Origin: Lama guanicoe
Lineage: Eukaryota
Length of the DNA: 64,000 nt
Assembly: GCA_013239625.1 (NCBI GenBank)
Contig: MU053594.1
Coordinates: 62,001 to 126,000, forward strand
Direction: 5' to 3'
The notes beneath the pieces are model-generated. The model worked only from the letters and a program-made list of their open reading frames with translations. It did no database searches and had not been told where the DNA came from. Of the stretch, positions 24,926-38,610 are shown in pieces (within the stretch, counting starts at the first letter, position 1; each line of letters opens with the position of its first letter). The position numbers and the translations under genes were made by a program.

Positions 24926-27324
24926 ATGACGCAGGTCCAAATACACCATGTCCATGCCAGCCCCACGTCCATGGATTTCTGCCCGGAAAGGGGAAATGTT
25001 GAAAATCCATCCTTCCAGATCATACAGCAGCTGGGTGGAAGGAGGCATTAAAAAAGTTCTGATGTATGTGGGTCTAAAAATCAATATATCATTTGGAGTG
25101 TCCAATTTCCAAGAGAGCCAAGAACTAGGCTGGTTTCAGAGGACAAAGAGTTTGTAAATCCAGCCCATGAATTTTGACCCCCACTGTAGTGCAAGATTCT
25201 CAGCTCTGGCCTTTCGTCCACCTTGGACCCCGTGAGCTCTGACAGCCAGAGCCAGGCCCGGATGTCTCTAAGGCAACAACGGTCTTCTGAACCTTTGCTC
25301 TGGCTCAAAAAGGGTTTACCGAGGTCCTAAACCAGCCCCAGCAAACAGGGACGTGGGGGCAGGGAAAGGAAGACAGAGCCTCTTGGTAACTAATTTTGAT
25401 AATGCTTTTGTGTCAGGGTCAAAGGTTAAATATGGCCACACTAATCCGCTTCTTCCAGAATTAAAGCACAAGAGAGATTTTTCTGTAGCTTAGCAAGACA
25501 GCTTTTCTCATGGCTGGAGAAATGGTCCTGACCAAGCACACTGAATGGGGACGCCCGGCTGTTGGAGACACATTCTTGCATTCATTTGGACAGAACATCC
25601 CAGGTCTTGGCCACGCGATCGGAGTTATTTATTATTAAGACGGAGGTGAAAGGAATGCAAAGTGGCACTTAAAAAATGTAAGAGTCTCTCAGTCCAGCCC
25701 CACCCCCTTCTGAATAATGCTTCCTGAGATGCCCTAGACGGAAGGGGGCCGAAAATGCTCAGGGACTCCACACACAGAAACTGTAAGAATCACACACACA
25801 CGAACTGCCAGGATACCGTGGTTCTGAGAGAAACCGTAATAACCCACCGCACGTTTGCCCCACAGGGTGCAGAGCGCCCAGTACGTATTATTTCATTGAG
25901 TGTCGCAGCAGGCTGGCTAGGGAAGCGGGTTTTTTGGATCCCCTTCTACCAACGTGGAAACTGAACTCCTAAAAGGGCAGGTGACTTGCCAGGAGTCTTG
26001 CTTCTCATAAGCAACAGCACCAGGGTGAGAAATAGTCTTTGTTGCTGTGACGGCAGGAGACACGCAGACAGGCATCCTCCAGAAAGAAATCTGGGGCTCC
26101 CCCGCCAACAGGGACCCACAAATGGGAAGGCCAGAAGGAACTGGGGCCAGAAACAGATCTCCTGGACTTATTCTCCTGAGGCACTCCCCTGGGGAGGGGG
26201 TGCCCCTGAACGGGCAGATTAGAGGAGTGAATGTGGACACAACTGGGGGGAGCAGCCGGGCAGCCCTGTTACTGAGGTGCCCCCTCCCCCTCCTCCTCCA
26301 CCACTCCCCTTCCTCGTTGGGGGAGCCGTCACCACCCCAAGGCAGAGAGGGGAGCTCCCGAAGGAGGCAGTGGTCCTGCAAGAAATGATTGTCCAAGTGT
26401 CAACAACCTGCTGCTTCCCAGAGCCTCGGGGTCAGAGGCCAGCACGGAGCACAATGGCTTTCTCCAGCCGAAGGGTCCAGGGAGAGGGGCCTCTGGGGGG
26501 TCCCGGAATGCGGAGGCTCTGAATCCAGGCATCAGGGTCTCCTGTCTTGCCCTTTATATACTTCCTCCCTCCACCAACGCCAGGCACCACTGGCCTCAGA
26601 AGCACAAGCTCACACACAGGTTTCTTCTACAAGACGGGGCGAGCAACTCACTCACCAGTCCCATAAAATAAATTTACCCTGAAGCAGGATGAGAAGAAAA
26701 TTCAGTCGGCGCATCTCCTCCCGCCTGCAAGCTTTCCTCCCTACCCGCCGCCCCCATCGGGGCTGGGCCTCTGGCCTTCTGGCTCCTGAGCAAGCCTTCT
26801 TCCTGTCTGCCAGCTCCCGGAGGGCAGGCGAGGTGGGCTATTCTAGGATGCTGGCACCTGTGTCCGTGGTTGATGGTCACAAATCACATTTGATGCATGA
26901 GGAAGAAATGACAAGAGTTCAGGTTCCTTCTGGAACTTTCTCCACACTGGAGGCTGTGAAGCTGGAATGGTTTGCCCATGGGATCTGTCTCATTGACCCA
27001 CTCAGGTCATATTCAGTCAAAAATCCTAGGCCGCCCCTCTTTCTAACTCCCGCTCCTGGTGTTACACTGAATACTTCATTACTGAATGGACCAGCCTGCT
27101 TCCCTCATTATTTTCTCTGTAATTAAAAACACATAATAGCATTTGGCTTGCTTTTGTATGGAATTCACGTATGTGCAGGGGAGAACGTGGCAGGTATGAC
27201 GGAGGAGACCAGGGAAGGAAAGAGCCAGAAAGAGCTGGGGGGTGGGGGGGTGGATGGTGCCCAGGGCACAGACTGGGTACCAGAAGGGCAGAAGCCAGAA
27301 GCCCCTAAGGGTCTCGAGAGATGT

Positions 27325-27560
27325 CACAATTATAATAATACGTTAAATTTGAATCGTGCTTTTCGCTTTACAAGGATGCTATGTCTTTCTAAGACCTTTC
27401 TGGTCTTCATCTCCATCTCTGGGGTCTATGAGGCAAGTACAGATTTCTAGTTTTTCAAGGTACGGAATCTGAGACTTGCAAAGGTTGAGTGACTTGTCCA
27501 AGGCCCCACAGGTGACAAGCAAAGAAGAGCAAACATCTGAATTCAGACAAGAACAGAGTC
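27325..27560 (-). mobile_element. MIR SINE
   Basis: ggaatctgagacttgcaaaggttgagtgacttgtccaaggccccacag. Confidence 0.75.
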
Positions 27561-27599
27561 CGCCTTCCTGCCTCTAACCAGGAAACTCCCTTTACCGCT

Positions 27600-27810
27600 T
27601 TTGGTTAATCACACAACAAATATTTACTGAGTGGTTACTGTGCAAACAGAGTAAAGGGGTCCAGGGACCCAAAGATGGTTCAGACATCCCTGTCTAACTG
27701 AGGGAGCAGCAAGATGGCCCAGTGCTACGGTGGGGCATGTTCATGACACAGAAGAGGAAAAGGAGGGAAGACTTTCCACTGCTTATTTGGGGGAAAGTAA
27801 GGTGTGACAG
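27600..27810 (-). mobile_element. L2 3' end fragment
   Basis: caacaaatatttactgagtggttactgtg. Confidence 0.6.
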
Positions 27811-27819
27811 AGAAGGACC

Positions 27820-28160
27820 TTGTCCGGCTGCTAGCCAAGTACTATGACTGGGCGGCTTAACCAACAGATAATGATTTCTCGTGGTTCTAGAAGCTGGAAG
27901 TCTGGGATCAGGGTGCTAGCATGGCCGGACTCCTGGTGGGGGCTCTCTTCCTAGTTTGCAGACAGCCACCTCCTAGCTGTGTCCTCATGTGGCGGAGACA
28001 GTCTCTTCCTTTTCTTATAAGGACACTAATCCCACCTTGTGGGCTCCATCCTCACGACCTCATCCAAACCTGCCCAAAGGCCCCACCTGCAAATCCCATC
28101 ACACTGGAGGTTAGGGCTTCCACACAGGAATCTGGAGGAAACACAGACATTTACATAACA
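27820..28160 (-). mobile_element. MLT1A-like MaLR solo LTR
   Basis: gactgggcggcttaaccaacaga...ttctagaagctggaagtc...cttataaggacactaatccca...gacatttacataaca. Confidence 0.9.
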
Positions 28161-28377
28161 GGCACAGCTGAGTTAAGAAGAAACAGTCTAAGCAGACAAG
28201 ACACGTGAAAGTGTGGGAGACAGAAGAGGACACATGGAGAAGAACACCAGCCAGGAGAGAACAGGGAATGAAAAGTGACTTGGGATGAACACATTGTAGG
28301 CGGCGGCATGAGATGGCCTGAAACTCTGATTGGAGGCACTTTCTGGGCGACGCAGTGGAGTCTGCTCTTATCTCATC

Positions 28378-28550
28378 CCGAAGTTCTCCACTCTGCTTTT
28401 ACACGTGAATGTCCTGGGGAGCTTTAGAAAACAGCCCTGTCTGGGCCCCAAGCTGGAGACTCTGATTCAGAAGGTTTGGGGTGGAAATCCTTGCTTCCTA
28501 TGTTTTTTTAAAGCTCCCCCAAATGATTTTAATGTGTAGCTGGTGTAAGA
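28378..28550. mobile_element. MER5A-like hAT-Charlie DNA transposon remnant
   Basis: cctggggagctttagaaa...tctgattcagaaggtttggggtgg...aagctcccccaaatgattttaatgtgtagc. Confidence 0.8.
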
Positions 28551-29324
28551 CAGTGAGGATCTTTTGAAGGATAAGCATGGGAGGGGCAACATCGGGTGTG
28601 CCTTTCAGATGCCGGAGTCATCCTTACCTAGGATTCGTGCATAAGACCAAGCCACCAAGTTCACATCTATCCTCCACTGCCACCTTTATCTGATCCACCT
28701 AGGGGAGGGATTGGGACTCTGAAGGCCACCATCCTAGGTTCTTACATGATAAACTTGTCCCGTGGGGTCCCTTCCCTGAGTTCGCTGCCTTCAGACCAGC
28801 CAGCTGCAGCCCAGCTCATCACGAGCTCCTGGGCGACCAGGCAGAGACAGAAAAGGGGGAATACTGTGCACAGGAACTACGGGTTTCCAGCTACAGCGGA
28901 AAGGGTTTCGGGCAAAGGGATGCGAGACACTACAAACACCACCCCGAGGTCCCTGCAGCGTGGCTCTTAGTCAGTGTCTCGCATTGTTAATTACCTTTTT
29001 ATATACGCCTGTTTTCCTTCCTGGCAATGGTTAGCTTTCTGAAGGTAGGACTTGGGTCTGATTTTTCTATTTTGCAAAAATTGACAGAGTGCTTTAAAAC
29101 AATACAGTTGGTAGGCAAGTGAGGTGTGAGGAAGTCCGGAGCATCTGCAATATGCTTGCTCCAGGCTTCTCAGATCCCTAGGGGCCCTGGCAGCTCTCAG
29201 CGCAGACCCTGGCTACCAGATAAGCAAGGCAGGTCACATGGACAGAAATCTCCTACTCTGGAGATTTCCAGGAAAAGGGAAGAGGATTGTTTCCTGGAGG
29301 TGGCAGAGTTGTAGGTATCCTGGA

Positions 29325-29470
29325 GGACAGGAAGAGCAGTCCAAGACAGGATTCCTGAGTTCTAGACCACCTATGTCTCTCTAAGCTGCTGGGTGACCTT
29401 GGGCAAATCACTGAACCTCTCTGAGGCTCAGGATCACCCTCCTTGACTTCTTGCTCCAGGTCTGAAGCCT
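29325..29470 (+). mobile_element. MIR SINE fragment
   Basis: gtgaccttgggcaaatcactgaacctctctgaggctcag. Confidence 0.8.
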
Positions 29471-31474
29471 AGGAGTCTACAAATGTTAAAATTCTAGACC
29501 TCGAATTAACTTCTTTCAATTTGAATCCCCAGACTGGGCTCAATATATATAAATGGTGATTCCAGGCTCTGTTTCAGAAGATGGGGATGTGGTGCTGTGA
29601 CTCACTGTTGGAGGAGGCAAGTCCTCTTTTTGAGTAGCAGCCAGTCCCCCTTCCGTCATCCAGGAGCTTAAGATGGGGAGCCCAGGAGGCCTTCCAGGAC
29701 AGGGAATCCAAGCGAGGGAGCCTGATGAGGGTAGCGGCCAAGACCCCACCTTCTGGACCACATCTTTGGAGACAGGGGATCCCAGATCATTTCCAAACAA
29801 AGAAACACTCGGTGCTCCATCATTTGTCAAAAACCTCAAGTGTGTTTCCCAAAGGAGAGAAGTCAGGGCAACTCCAGGGCCCAAGGGGCGTCTTTCAGAT
29901 GCAAAGTCTCCCCCTTTTCAATTCCTGTAACTAAAATGAATATGGAAAAGATAATTACCCTTAAAACATACTTAATACTTGAACACATTATCTCTACCTG
30001 CAGAAAAAGAATGTTATCTGATGGGATCTTCCCCATAAGCTTAATCAAATTGCTATCTTAAAACTCTCTGGAGTCCTGTGAAACAGTAATAGAAAATCCG
30101 AGGCAGAGGCTGGAAGCATTTTATATTTGTTTGGTTGAGGAGAACGTGCATCCCATCTGACAATGGGCACTTAGAGACAAAGTCATTTCCAATCTGTAAT
30201 GGATCTTCTCCGAGTGGGGGCAGGGAACATTGCGTCTGATCCAAACCTGCAATCCCTCCGAAACGTAGCTTTTTCACATGTGCAGAGAAGGAAATGCCAA
30301 AAGAAAAGCCTTTTTCCTAATATCTTCTTTGGTAGGAAATCTTCTCTAGTTGCACCTGGGACACGTGACGTACGGAGGTAATTAACTACCTTGCCTCTTA
30401 ACTTTGGGCTTTACCTTGGCAAATAAATTGCTGCCTGTATTTTCCTTCATCTGCCCAGCCCCTGGGCAGTGCCATTCATTAAGTTAGTCGAGAAGGTGAA
30501 TTACCTGCCCGGATCCTGCCCAGGGCGAGTGACTATTTGCAAGGCTGGAGAAAACCAAAGGCAAACGGCTTCTAAGAAGATCGAATGTGAGGACTGGATA
30601 TGTTCCCAGCATCTCAAGCCTGCCTGGAATGGCCAAGGAAACAGCTGCGGCAGAAGAGCCTGGCCTGTCCAGTTCATCTTGTTGACAGAAGAAGCGATAA
30701 GGAGGTGGTGAGAATGTGCTGCATCTCTGTTAGTCGCTCTTCCTGCCTGCAGGCCCCAGAAGGTCTCCTGTACGGGACGTGGTCCTCCTGCCAAAGCATG
30801 GAGGGCAAACGGGGCGTCCCGGGGCACAAAGTGAGGCACCTGAGGGCTTACAGAAGAAAACATGAGTGGGGTAGGGGAGAGCTACCCGGGAAGCCTTACA
30901 GCGATCATCAACATACAGGTTTGGTGCCTTGCTAGTAACAGATTACAAAACAGCATGCATCGCATATTACCGCCCCAATTTTGTTTAAAAGGAAACAGAA
31001 AAAGATGGTGGAACTACAGGAGACACATTTATTTGTTTACATGTGTTTTCTAATTTCCCCACACTGAGCACATATTACTCATATGATTCTTTTCTTAAAA
31101 TGGGCTGCCTGGGTCCATGCTGTCCAGGTCCTGCCTTTGGTCAGGGTGACTCCTCCCAGGCACGAGAAGGGCTGGCTGTTTGGTGAATGGCAGACTCACA
31201 TCTGTCTCCTGTTGAGCGTCCTGACCTTACTATTTCTTTCTACCTCCCCAGTTCTGAAAATGGAGGAACGGGGAGGGGAAGGAGGCATCTCTGAGCCGTC
31301 CTACTCCTTGCTGCCTTCTCTGAATAGAATGATTCCCAAGGCGCCAGAGCCTCCTGCACTGTCTGAACAGTCACTATTCGGCAAACGGCCACCGATCTAG
31401 AAAACCCGGTGATGCAGCAGGTAGAGGAGATTGGGCTGAGTCTATAAACACCAACAGCAGATCCGGAAGCTGCT

Positions 31475-31993
31475 TTTCATTCTAGCTGAGATCTAATTCA
31501 CAAACCATGAAATGCACCCTTTGAAAATACACAATCCAGTGGCTTTGAACACACTCATAAAGTTGTACAATCAGCAACAACACTAACCCCGGAACACTTC
31601 CATCACCCCAGAACAGAAACTCCACACCCATTAGTCGTCACTGCCCATGCTCCCCACCCCTCAGCCGCTGGCAACCACTAATCTGGTCTGTTTCTACCGC
31701 TCTGCCTTCTGAACATTTCACATAAATGGAAGCACACGGTATGTGGCCTTTTCTGCCAGGCTTCTTACACGTTGGTTTCAACACTCATTCATGTTGCAGC
31801 ATGTAAGTGTACTTCACTCCTTTTTATGGCCAGAGGATATTCTATTGTGCAGATACACCGCATTTTGTTTCTCTATTTATCAGCTGATGGATATTTGGGT
31901 TCCCTTTTCCATTTTGGGGGCTGTTATAAATACTGCTGCTATGAACACTGACGAACAAGTTTCTGGGTGGATGTAGGTTTTCAACTCTTGGGT
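31475..31993 (-). mobile_element. Old L1 (L1MB-like) 3' region
   Basis: gagatctaattcacaaaccatgaaatgcaccc...catcaccccagaa...tgctgctatgaacact. Confidence 0.88.
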
Positions 31994-33039
31994 TGAAAGT
32001 GGCTTTTTAAAACTAAATTATTGTTATTAGGTTGTCATTTGTCTCTCTCACACATCAGGGGAAAAAAAAGAGTACAGGATATTTAAAAGGTGGTTTAAAA
32101 AACCTGAGACTTTCATTACTTTGGTTCCAAGTAACTGACAGCTGTGGGCCCTTGTTGCTTTCCAATCTTACACACACGTTTTTATGGCAAATCCTTTGCC
32201 CCTCCACCCCAGGGGCCACAGTGCCACCATCCTTACCCCACGGGCCCCACCAGCCCGGTTCATCCTCTAAGCGGGAATCTGTGCTGCAGTATATGAAATA
32301 TTTAAGCTGCTTTTTTCTAAATATATACATTATTTAGCTTACAGTCTATAAAATATTTACATTGTTTGTCCCTCTCATCCCCAAATATCTGCATTATTTA
32401 CAGTACAATCAGGGCAACATTAACCCTTATTTTTTGACTTGTGCCTTCTTCCCTATTCCCCGTCACTGGGTGTGCACAACCTGTGAGGGGCGATAGTGAG
32501 TTCTCCTGTCTAAGCCACAGAGCAGGCCCTGGGAATGCACGAGGTACCCTGGTGTCCAAAGTCAGACAAGCAGTACTGATCACATCCATCCTCCCCACGG
32601 GACCTCAGGGCATTCACTACAGAGTTTCTTGGGGGCAGTTTGGATGCCAAGCACAGTGTCCCACGTCTAGCTACTTCCAGAATCTCCCTTCTGAGGAATG
32701 GGAGCTCCTTCCTCTTGCTCTCTGGCCTGCCTCATCCCTCCAGGTGTGACCTCAGTCCTCACTTAGGTAATGAAAATCTCTCTTGCTACCCACATCCCCC
32801 ATCAGGCCCTTGTGAACAGGCCGAGCAGCTGTGACCTGTGAGCGCCGCACAAGCCCCTCCCTGGGTTCCGAGCTCTCCATCTGGCTGGCCTCTACCTGTC
32901 TTTAACTGTGGGCAAGCGAGGCGCCTACCAGTGCAGCTGAGACACTGACGTCCTGCATCTTTCTCAAAACCCACCGACTTGCACTTGTAGCCTTTTATTT
33001 TCAGAAATCGTCCTCCATGGAAAGAATGAGACTCAAAGG

Positions 33040-33450
33040 TGATATTTTAATTATTTATAACGTGACCTTAATTTTTAAAAGGACGTAAATAATCCATGCC
33101 AGTCAATAATATTATTGACTACAATACAAAAATACTATAATATAACAATAAAGAAAAAATAAGCACTAATCACTGTTATTCAGAAACAGACAAAGCAAAA
33201 AGTAAAACCCGCTTTGCTCTGTAATCTCATTCTCTAAAGACAATCACTGTTAATAGGTAGAAACTCAGAGAATCTTACAGAATGGCTTCTGTATTTTATA
33301 TTAAATGGGATCACACTATGCACTCTTTTCTTCTAACCACGTTTTATCACACAAAACATCGTGGACATCTTTCTGCGCAGGTCCCATAATGAACAGGTTT
33401 CTTACCTTTGGACGTTTAGGTTGCTCTCAGGGCTTCATAATGACATATAA
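33040..33450 (-). mobile_element. Very old L1 (L1ME-like) fragment
   Basis: AT-rich; caatcactgttaatag...aaatgggatcacactatgcac...catcgtggacatctttc. Confidence 0.55.
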
Positions 33451-34789
33451 TCTTGCCATCAGCACCTCTAAGGGAGGCTAAAAAATTGATCTTTGGTACA
33501 TGAAGACCAAAGCTGGATGGGAAACACGGAGGGTCTCTGAGCATCCGCGACACTGTCACAGGGGTTGCCGGACACACCCCCTGACTCCGACAACCTCCGA
33601 TCAAATGTCAAGAGTGTGAAATCAGCTCTCTCATCTCCTGGTTGTTTAACCCAGGGGAGATTTTCCTCTTCCTCCTCTTCCCCCACCTCCATCCCCCTTG
33701 CTACCTCTACTTACCCTGCTTCTGTTTCAAATCTCTAAAATAATGTGACAAGTTAATGATGGTACAATTATCTAAATGTTTAACAGACATGTTATCTAAG
33801 TGAGTCGGATTGAGATTCCATCCCGCTGACAATAAACACCAATGGTGGTGCAGAAAGCGATAGGCAAATTATAGCAAACCCTGCAATTTCAATGCTATTA
33901 AATTTGGAGGAATAACAGCCTTGAGGCCTGTAAACTCTGAATAAAATAGGCCCTTGTGTTTGTCCAACTATTAAATCAAAATGTTACCAACATCCTAGAA
34001 AAAACTCGGCGATTTATGGCTTTTCAAGTTTCAGTTACACATTGGTTTTTATGAACTCCTTTCTGTCATCGGGCAGCAGCAGTGTCATCAGGGAGGAGGG
34101 AGCAGCCAGCGAGGAAGGGGTAGGAGCTGAAAGGATAGAGGAGAAACCTGGGGAAGGGGAGGGGAAGGGGGGGCGTGCCAACCCGGGGTCGGGGGCTGAG
34201 GCTCATCACCGGGTCCCCGGGGTGAGGATAACGAGAAGGGAAGGACCAACTCTGATCAGTAGGACAGCAGGTGCCCTGAAAGTCCCCATCAGACTTGCCA
34301 CCGGGGCGCCTGAACTTGAACCCAGTCCTTCCACTGAACGAGACAGATTCTTTAAACCTCCCTGAGCCTGCGGCTTCTCATGGGTGACACAGACAGTGAA
34401 CCTGCCTTTTAGTGAGGTCATGCAGGCTCTGTCAGATAATATAAATGCCCAGCCCCAGTGCTAGGCCCCGTCCAATCTCTGAACAACTGTCCTCAAAGAT
34501 CAAATTCTTCCATTCCCCTCCAATTTCTGGGAGAATTTTTAAAAGGCAAAAGATCTTCACCTTCAATCTCTTCCTCAGACACAGTATGCACTTTATTTTT
34601 TATTGACTAAGCTGCTAAATAAAATGAAAGAAATGTTTGTCTGCTGGTGAGAGACACTGTAGACATCTAAAGATCATAATAATCAGAGTTTACAAATGTT
34701 CTCACTAAAGTCGAGAAAAACGTGGACCATCAATACAAGATCAGAAGCTTCGGCTGTGCTTGGAACCGTGGAACCCTGCTCCCTGCCAA

Positions 34790-34960
34790 CAGCGATTTTT
34801 CTTACCCAAGTCCCACACCCGACATTTGAGAGAGGCAGTGAAACAAAGCAATTTGTCCTGTGTCATAAAGCAAGCCGCAGCAGAGCCAGGATAAGAACTC
34901 AGGTCTCCTTTCTCCTAATTCATTATTGCTTTCCCAGATATCATGCTGCCCCACATGCCG
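34790..34960 (-). mobile_element. MIR SINE fragment
   Basis: gcagagccaggataagaactcaggtctcc. Confidence 0.6.
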
Positions 34961-35219
34961 ATAACGTTCATCATTTCCACTAGGACGGGTGGCTGGTGAA
35001 GGGGGGAGGGGGCCTGTGAGTCCTGCTCGCTGCTGCGTCCCTGTCCCAGGGCCAGCATCAGCAACCAATATGGAGCAGACGCTCAAGATCTCTCCTGAGT
35101 GGATACGCTTCACCCTCTTCTAACCCAAATTGGCCTCGGGTCAGTTCTCCTCTCCAATCCCAAGAGAGCCACACACCACCAATCCCCTCGAAGCAGCAGT
35201 GCTTCCTGTAAAAAGTACT

Positions 35220-35727
35220 GGGGTGATGGACGGGCAGAGCACAGAGGACCAGGAGGGCAGCGAAACTGCTCTGTGTGATACGACAGTGGTGGATACACAC
35301 CATCACACTTTTGTCAAAATGCGGAAAATGTACAACAAGAGCAACCGGTGGCATAAATTTTCTGATAATGATGTGTCAGTGTAGGTTCAGCTGCTGTAAC
35401 AAACAGACCACTCCGGTCGAGGATGTTGAAAGTGGGAGAGGCTGGGCTGGGCTGGGCTGGGGAACAGTGGGGTCTATGGGAACTCTCTGTACTTACTGTT
35501 CAATTTTTTTAAATTTTATGTATTATTGCATTATTTTAATTTTTTTTTAATTTTGAGGGGAGGAGATAATTAGGTTTTTTTATTTTTAGAGGAGGTACTG
35601 CAGATTGAACCCAGGACCTGGTGCACGCTAAGCATGTGCTCTACCACTTAAGCTATACCCTCCCCCTTACTCACTACTCAACTTTGCTATAAATCTAAAA
35701 TTACCCTAAAAAATTATTAATTAAAAA
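35220..35727 (+). mobile_element. L1MC-like 3' end interrupted by a camelid SINE
   Basis: agggcagcgaaactgctctgtgtgatac...gatgtgtcagtgtaggttca...tatgggaactctctgtactt. Confidence 0.85.
35504..35666 (-). mobile_element. Vic-1-type camelid SINE
   Basis: ggaggtactgcagattgaacccaggacctggtgcacgctaagcatgtgctctaccacttaagctataccctcccc preceded by a T-rich tail. Confidence 0.92.
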
Positions 35728-37059
35728 GAAGCACTGAGGGCCCCTCCAGAAGGTGGCTGGAGGGTCCTGGGCGCCACGAGGATGAACGGTGCAGAAGGAT
35801 GGCTTGTCTAGGCCAGCAGGTGACAGCCGGGGTGTCCTTCCCTACTCCACAGCAAGCAGCTCTAACAGAGCCGAGAGCCCCGTGCTTGGAAAATAAAACT
35901 CTATATTAGGCATCAAACATGCCTTTATAGTAACAGCATGAAATGAGGTCAAGAGTAAGTCTATGCTGGTGCTCTGACTATACAAACAGCAACACATGAC
36001 TGACTCTCCCTAAGTGCCTATGACGTTCCGCAGCCGTTCCGAGCCCCGGCTTTCTCAGGTTCAATTCCTTGGCACACCACGTGAAACGCTATACAAATCA
36101 CCCCTGATATTTATAAAAGTCAAACGCTATTATGTTTTTAAGGGGAAGGTCACGCCAAACGGAGCGAAGTCCACGTGTCCATCTGATGACTCCCCTGCCC
36201 TGTCCTCCCCGGCGCCCTCCAGCGGGTGCAGGGGGGTGAGGCTCACTCTGCCTTTTTTCCATGTCAAGTTTTGGGTAGATGAAGTCGTTTCTCATTTTCT
36301 GGCCCTTCTCCCTTCCCGCGCCCGTGTCATCCGGGGCTGGGCACCCAGAGGCTGCCCAGGGGAGAAGGAGCCACAACAGTTACTGGTCTTCCTACTGCTG
36401 GAGGGCAGGGGTCAGCCACCCTGAGGCGGCTCCTCTGTGCCCAGCGCTGCCCCTTGTGACAGGAGCGGTGCAAGACTGGCAGCCACCCGGAGGGAAGGAA
36501 TGTCGCCGCTCACTCTTTTAAATCTCTGCCCCACCCACCGTGCCTGCCACCTCTCCAGTGTTCACCCACCATGGAAAGTCCTCCAAACAAGGACTTCATT
36601 TTCTCCTCTGAAGTTCAGAGCGAGAGACTATCCCTGAAGCTCTTTCCAAGCATCGTTCATATGTCAGGAGCGAGACGGGCCAGTGTAAGCAGGGAGTCAA
36701 CGACGCCAAGGTGGGGGTACAGCTCTGCACGTTCAAACTGGGTGGTTACCGAGCTGCGGAGTGTGTGTGTGTTCTCAGTGCCTCCTCCTTCCAAAGTTAA
36801 GGCAAGGTGCCTCCTATGGTGAGGGCCCTGGGGCAGGGCACCCCCAGAACCTGCTCCCTTCTCCCAGCGGAGGGCAGGTCCCACAACACGGCTGCCCGCG
36901 GTGGCCAGCTGTGTTAACTGTTCCTGGACCGCAGGACCCTCCCGCAGACAACACCGAGTGAATGAGAACCAGCATCTCAACACTTGCATTTGCTTGAGTG
37001 GCTTCCTCTGTGACGCAGGAATGTGAAAACAAGCCACTTTTTCTAGGCCAGTGAAAGAA

Positions 37060-37420
37060 AGTCCTTATTTTGCAGTCAGAGAGGAGAGAGCTTTGGCCTG
37101 GAAGTAAGAACTCGTGGGTCCTAATTCTAGTTTGGCTTGTTTGTTCTTAACTGACCCCCTTTTTCAAATATGGGCTTCTGAGCCCTGGTTTTGTAGGCTG
37201 TGGAATGGGCAGAGTCGAGCCCCTGGTCTGCACACCAGGTACGATGCCCGGGCCCACACGGGGAGGGAAGGAGGCGGCATTAAAACATGGGCTTTGTGGT
37301 GCAGGTCATCCTTAACCTTTCCAAGTCTCAGTTTTCTCTAGTAAAGAGTAAGGAAGAAAAATGTCTATGTTTTAGGACTGTAATGAGGACTTAATAAAAT
37401 TTTATTTGCAAAGTATCCAA
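37060..37420 (+). mobile_element. MIR SINE fragments
   Basis: ggcctggaagtaagaactcgtgggtcctaattc; ccttaacctttccaagtctcagttttctc. Confidence 0.6.
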
Positions 37421-38374
37421 TACAACCCTCTGGCCTTCGGGAAAGAGGGACCAAGTTTTGTTCACCCTTAGGCACTGGGGCCACAAAGCCCCCTGGACAC
37501 AGCAGGGACTTTAAAACGTAGGGAATGAATGAAGGAAGGAAGGATGGGAGGAACCAGCTGCGAAGGTCACTCTGATCTGCAGGAAATCCAAGTTACTCAT
37601 CCGGCCGACCTGGTGGGGCAGGGTGGGGGCTGGAGGAGAGAGAGGCAAGTCTGCAGGTCCAGTTCAGTCCAGTGTCCCGGGCCTCTAAGGTTTCCCTCAG
37701 GCTTCCCAGCCCCAGAACTCCTAAATTTCGGAGTGACTTTAGCCATCTTGTCTGCCTCGTTTCATCAGCAGGGCACTAGGGGAGCCGAAGGAGGGATGAC
37801 CTGGAAGGGCTTTATTTACATTTCCAGAATACTCAGGTTCCTGATGGTGACAGACACGGGCCAGGACACCAGCAGGGGACTCAGGACTCCTGCACCTTCA
37901 AGGGCACCGACTCCGGAGGCCTCCTTTAACGTGTGCCGGGGTGCCTGCTTCATGCTGACCCCAGCTCTGTGGCTTGTCTGGCCTAGCCGTCTACATCATC
38001 AGTTTAGATGTAGGTAGAGGGTGGTTCCCAGGGGCAGCTCTGGGCATCCTAGGCCTTAACTAAGAGCTACCCAATCTGCTCTGTGAGCCTGTTCAGCGCG
38101 AGGAACTTCATTGTGCCCTCGCCTCTCCCAACTGCACTTGGAGGATTCCAGTGGCTGCGAGCTCTGTGGGCACACCGGAAATGTCCTCTCGGCCAGACAT
38201 CAAGTCAGGGGTCCTCAAAGACCCCATCCCCACCTTGGCAAAGCAGCTGGAAGCCATTCCCGTTCCTACACGACCATTACTATCCACCTGGCCCTCCCCC
38301 TCTCACCTTCCCAGCCGGGAGAATGGGTCCCCTCCGAGGCCACTGCCTGGTGGATACCACGGTAATGCAATGTC

Positions 38375-38610
38375 AGTAACCACCCTCACCATTCCTGCGA
38401 CTTCACTCTATGCAAGGCCTATGCTGAGCGCTTTGCACAGAACTAAACCCTCATAACATCTCTCATACGATAGCAGCAGAGCCGTCCTGTTCCCAAGAAG
38501 GAAATGGAGGCTTAGGGAAGTTAAGCGAACCTGCCCAAGGTCATAAAACTTGGAAGAGAGATGGGACTAGGATTTGAATCTAGACAGTCTGACACCAGGT
38601 CCCACGTTGT
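38375..38610 (-). mobile_element. MIR SINE
   Basis: ggaaatggaggcttagggaagttaagcgaacctgcccaaggtca...ggatttgaatctagacagtctga. Confidence 0.85.

Noticed and set aside
24937..25300. Minus-strand peptide GMDMVYLDL resembling a CR1/L3 reverse-transcriptase motif
   Set aside because: Too short and degenerate to call by eye; possibly an ancient CR1 remnant.
35441..35462. (GGGCT)n pentamers resembling immunoglobulin switch repeats
   Set aside because: Only four units, inside an old L1; simple slippage.
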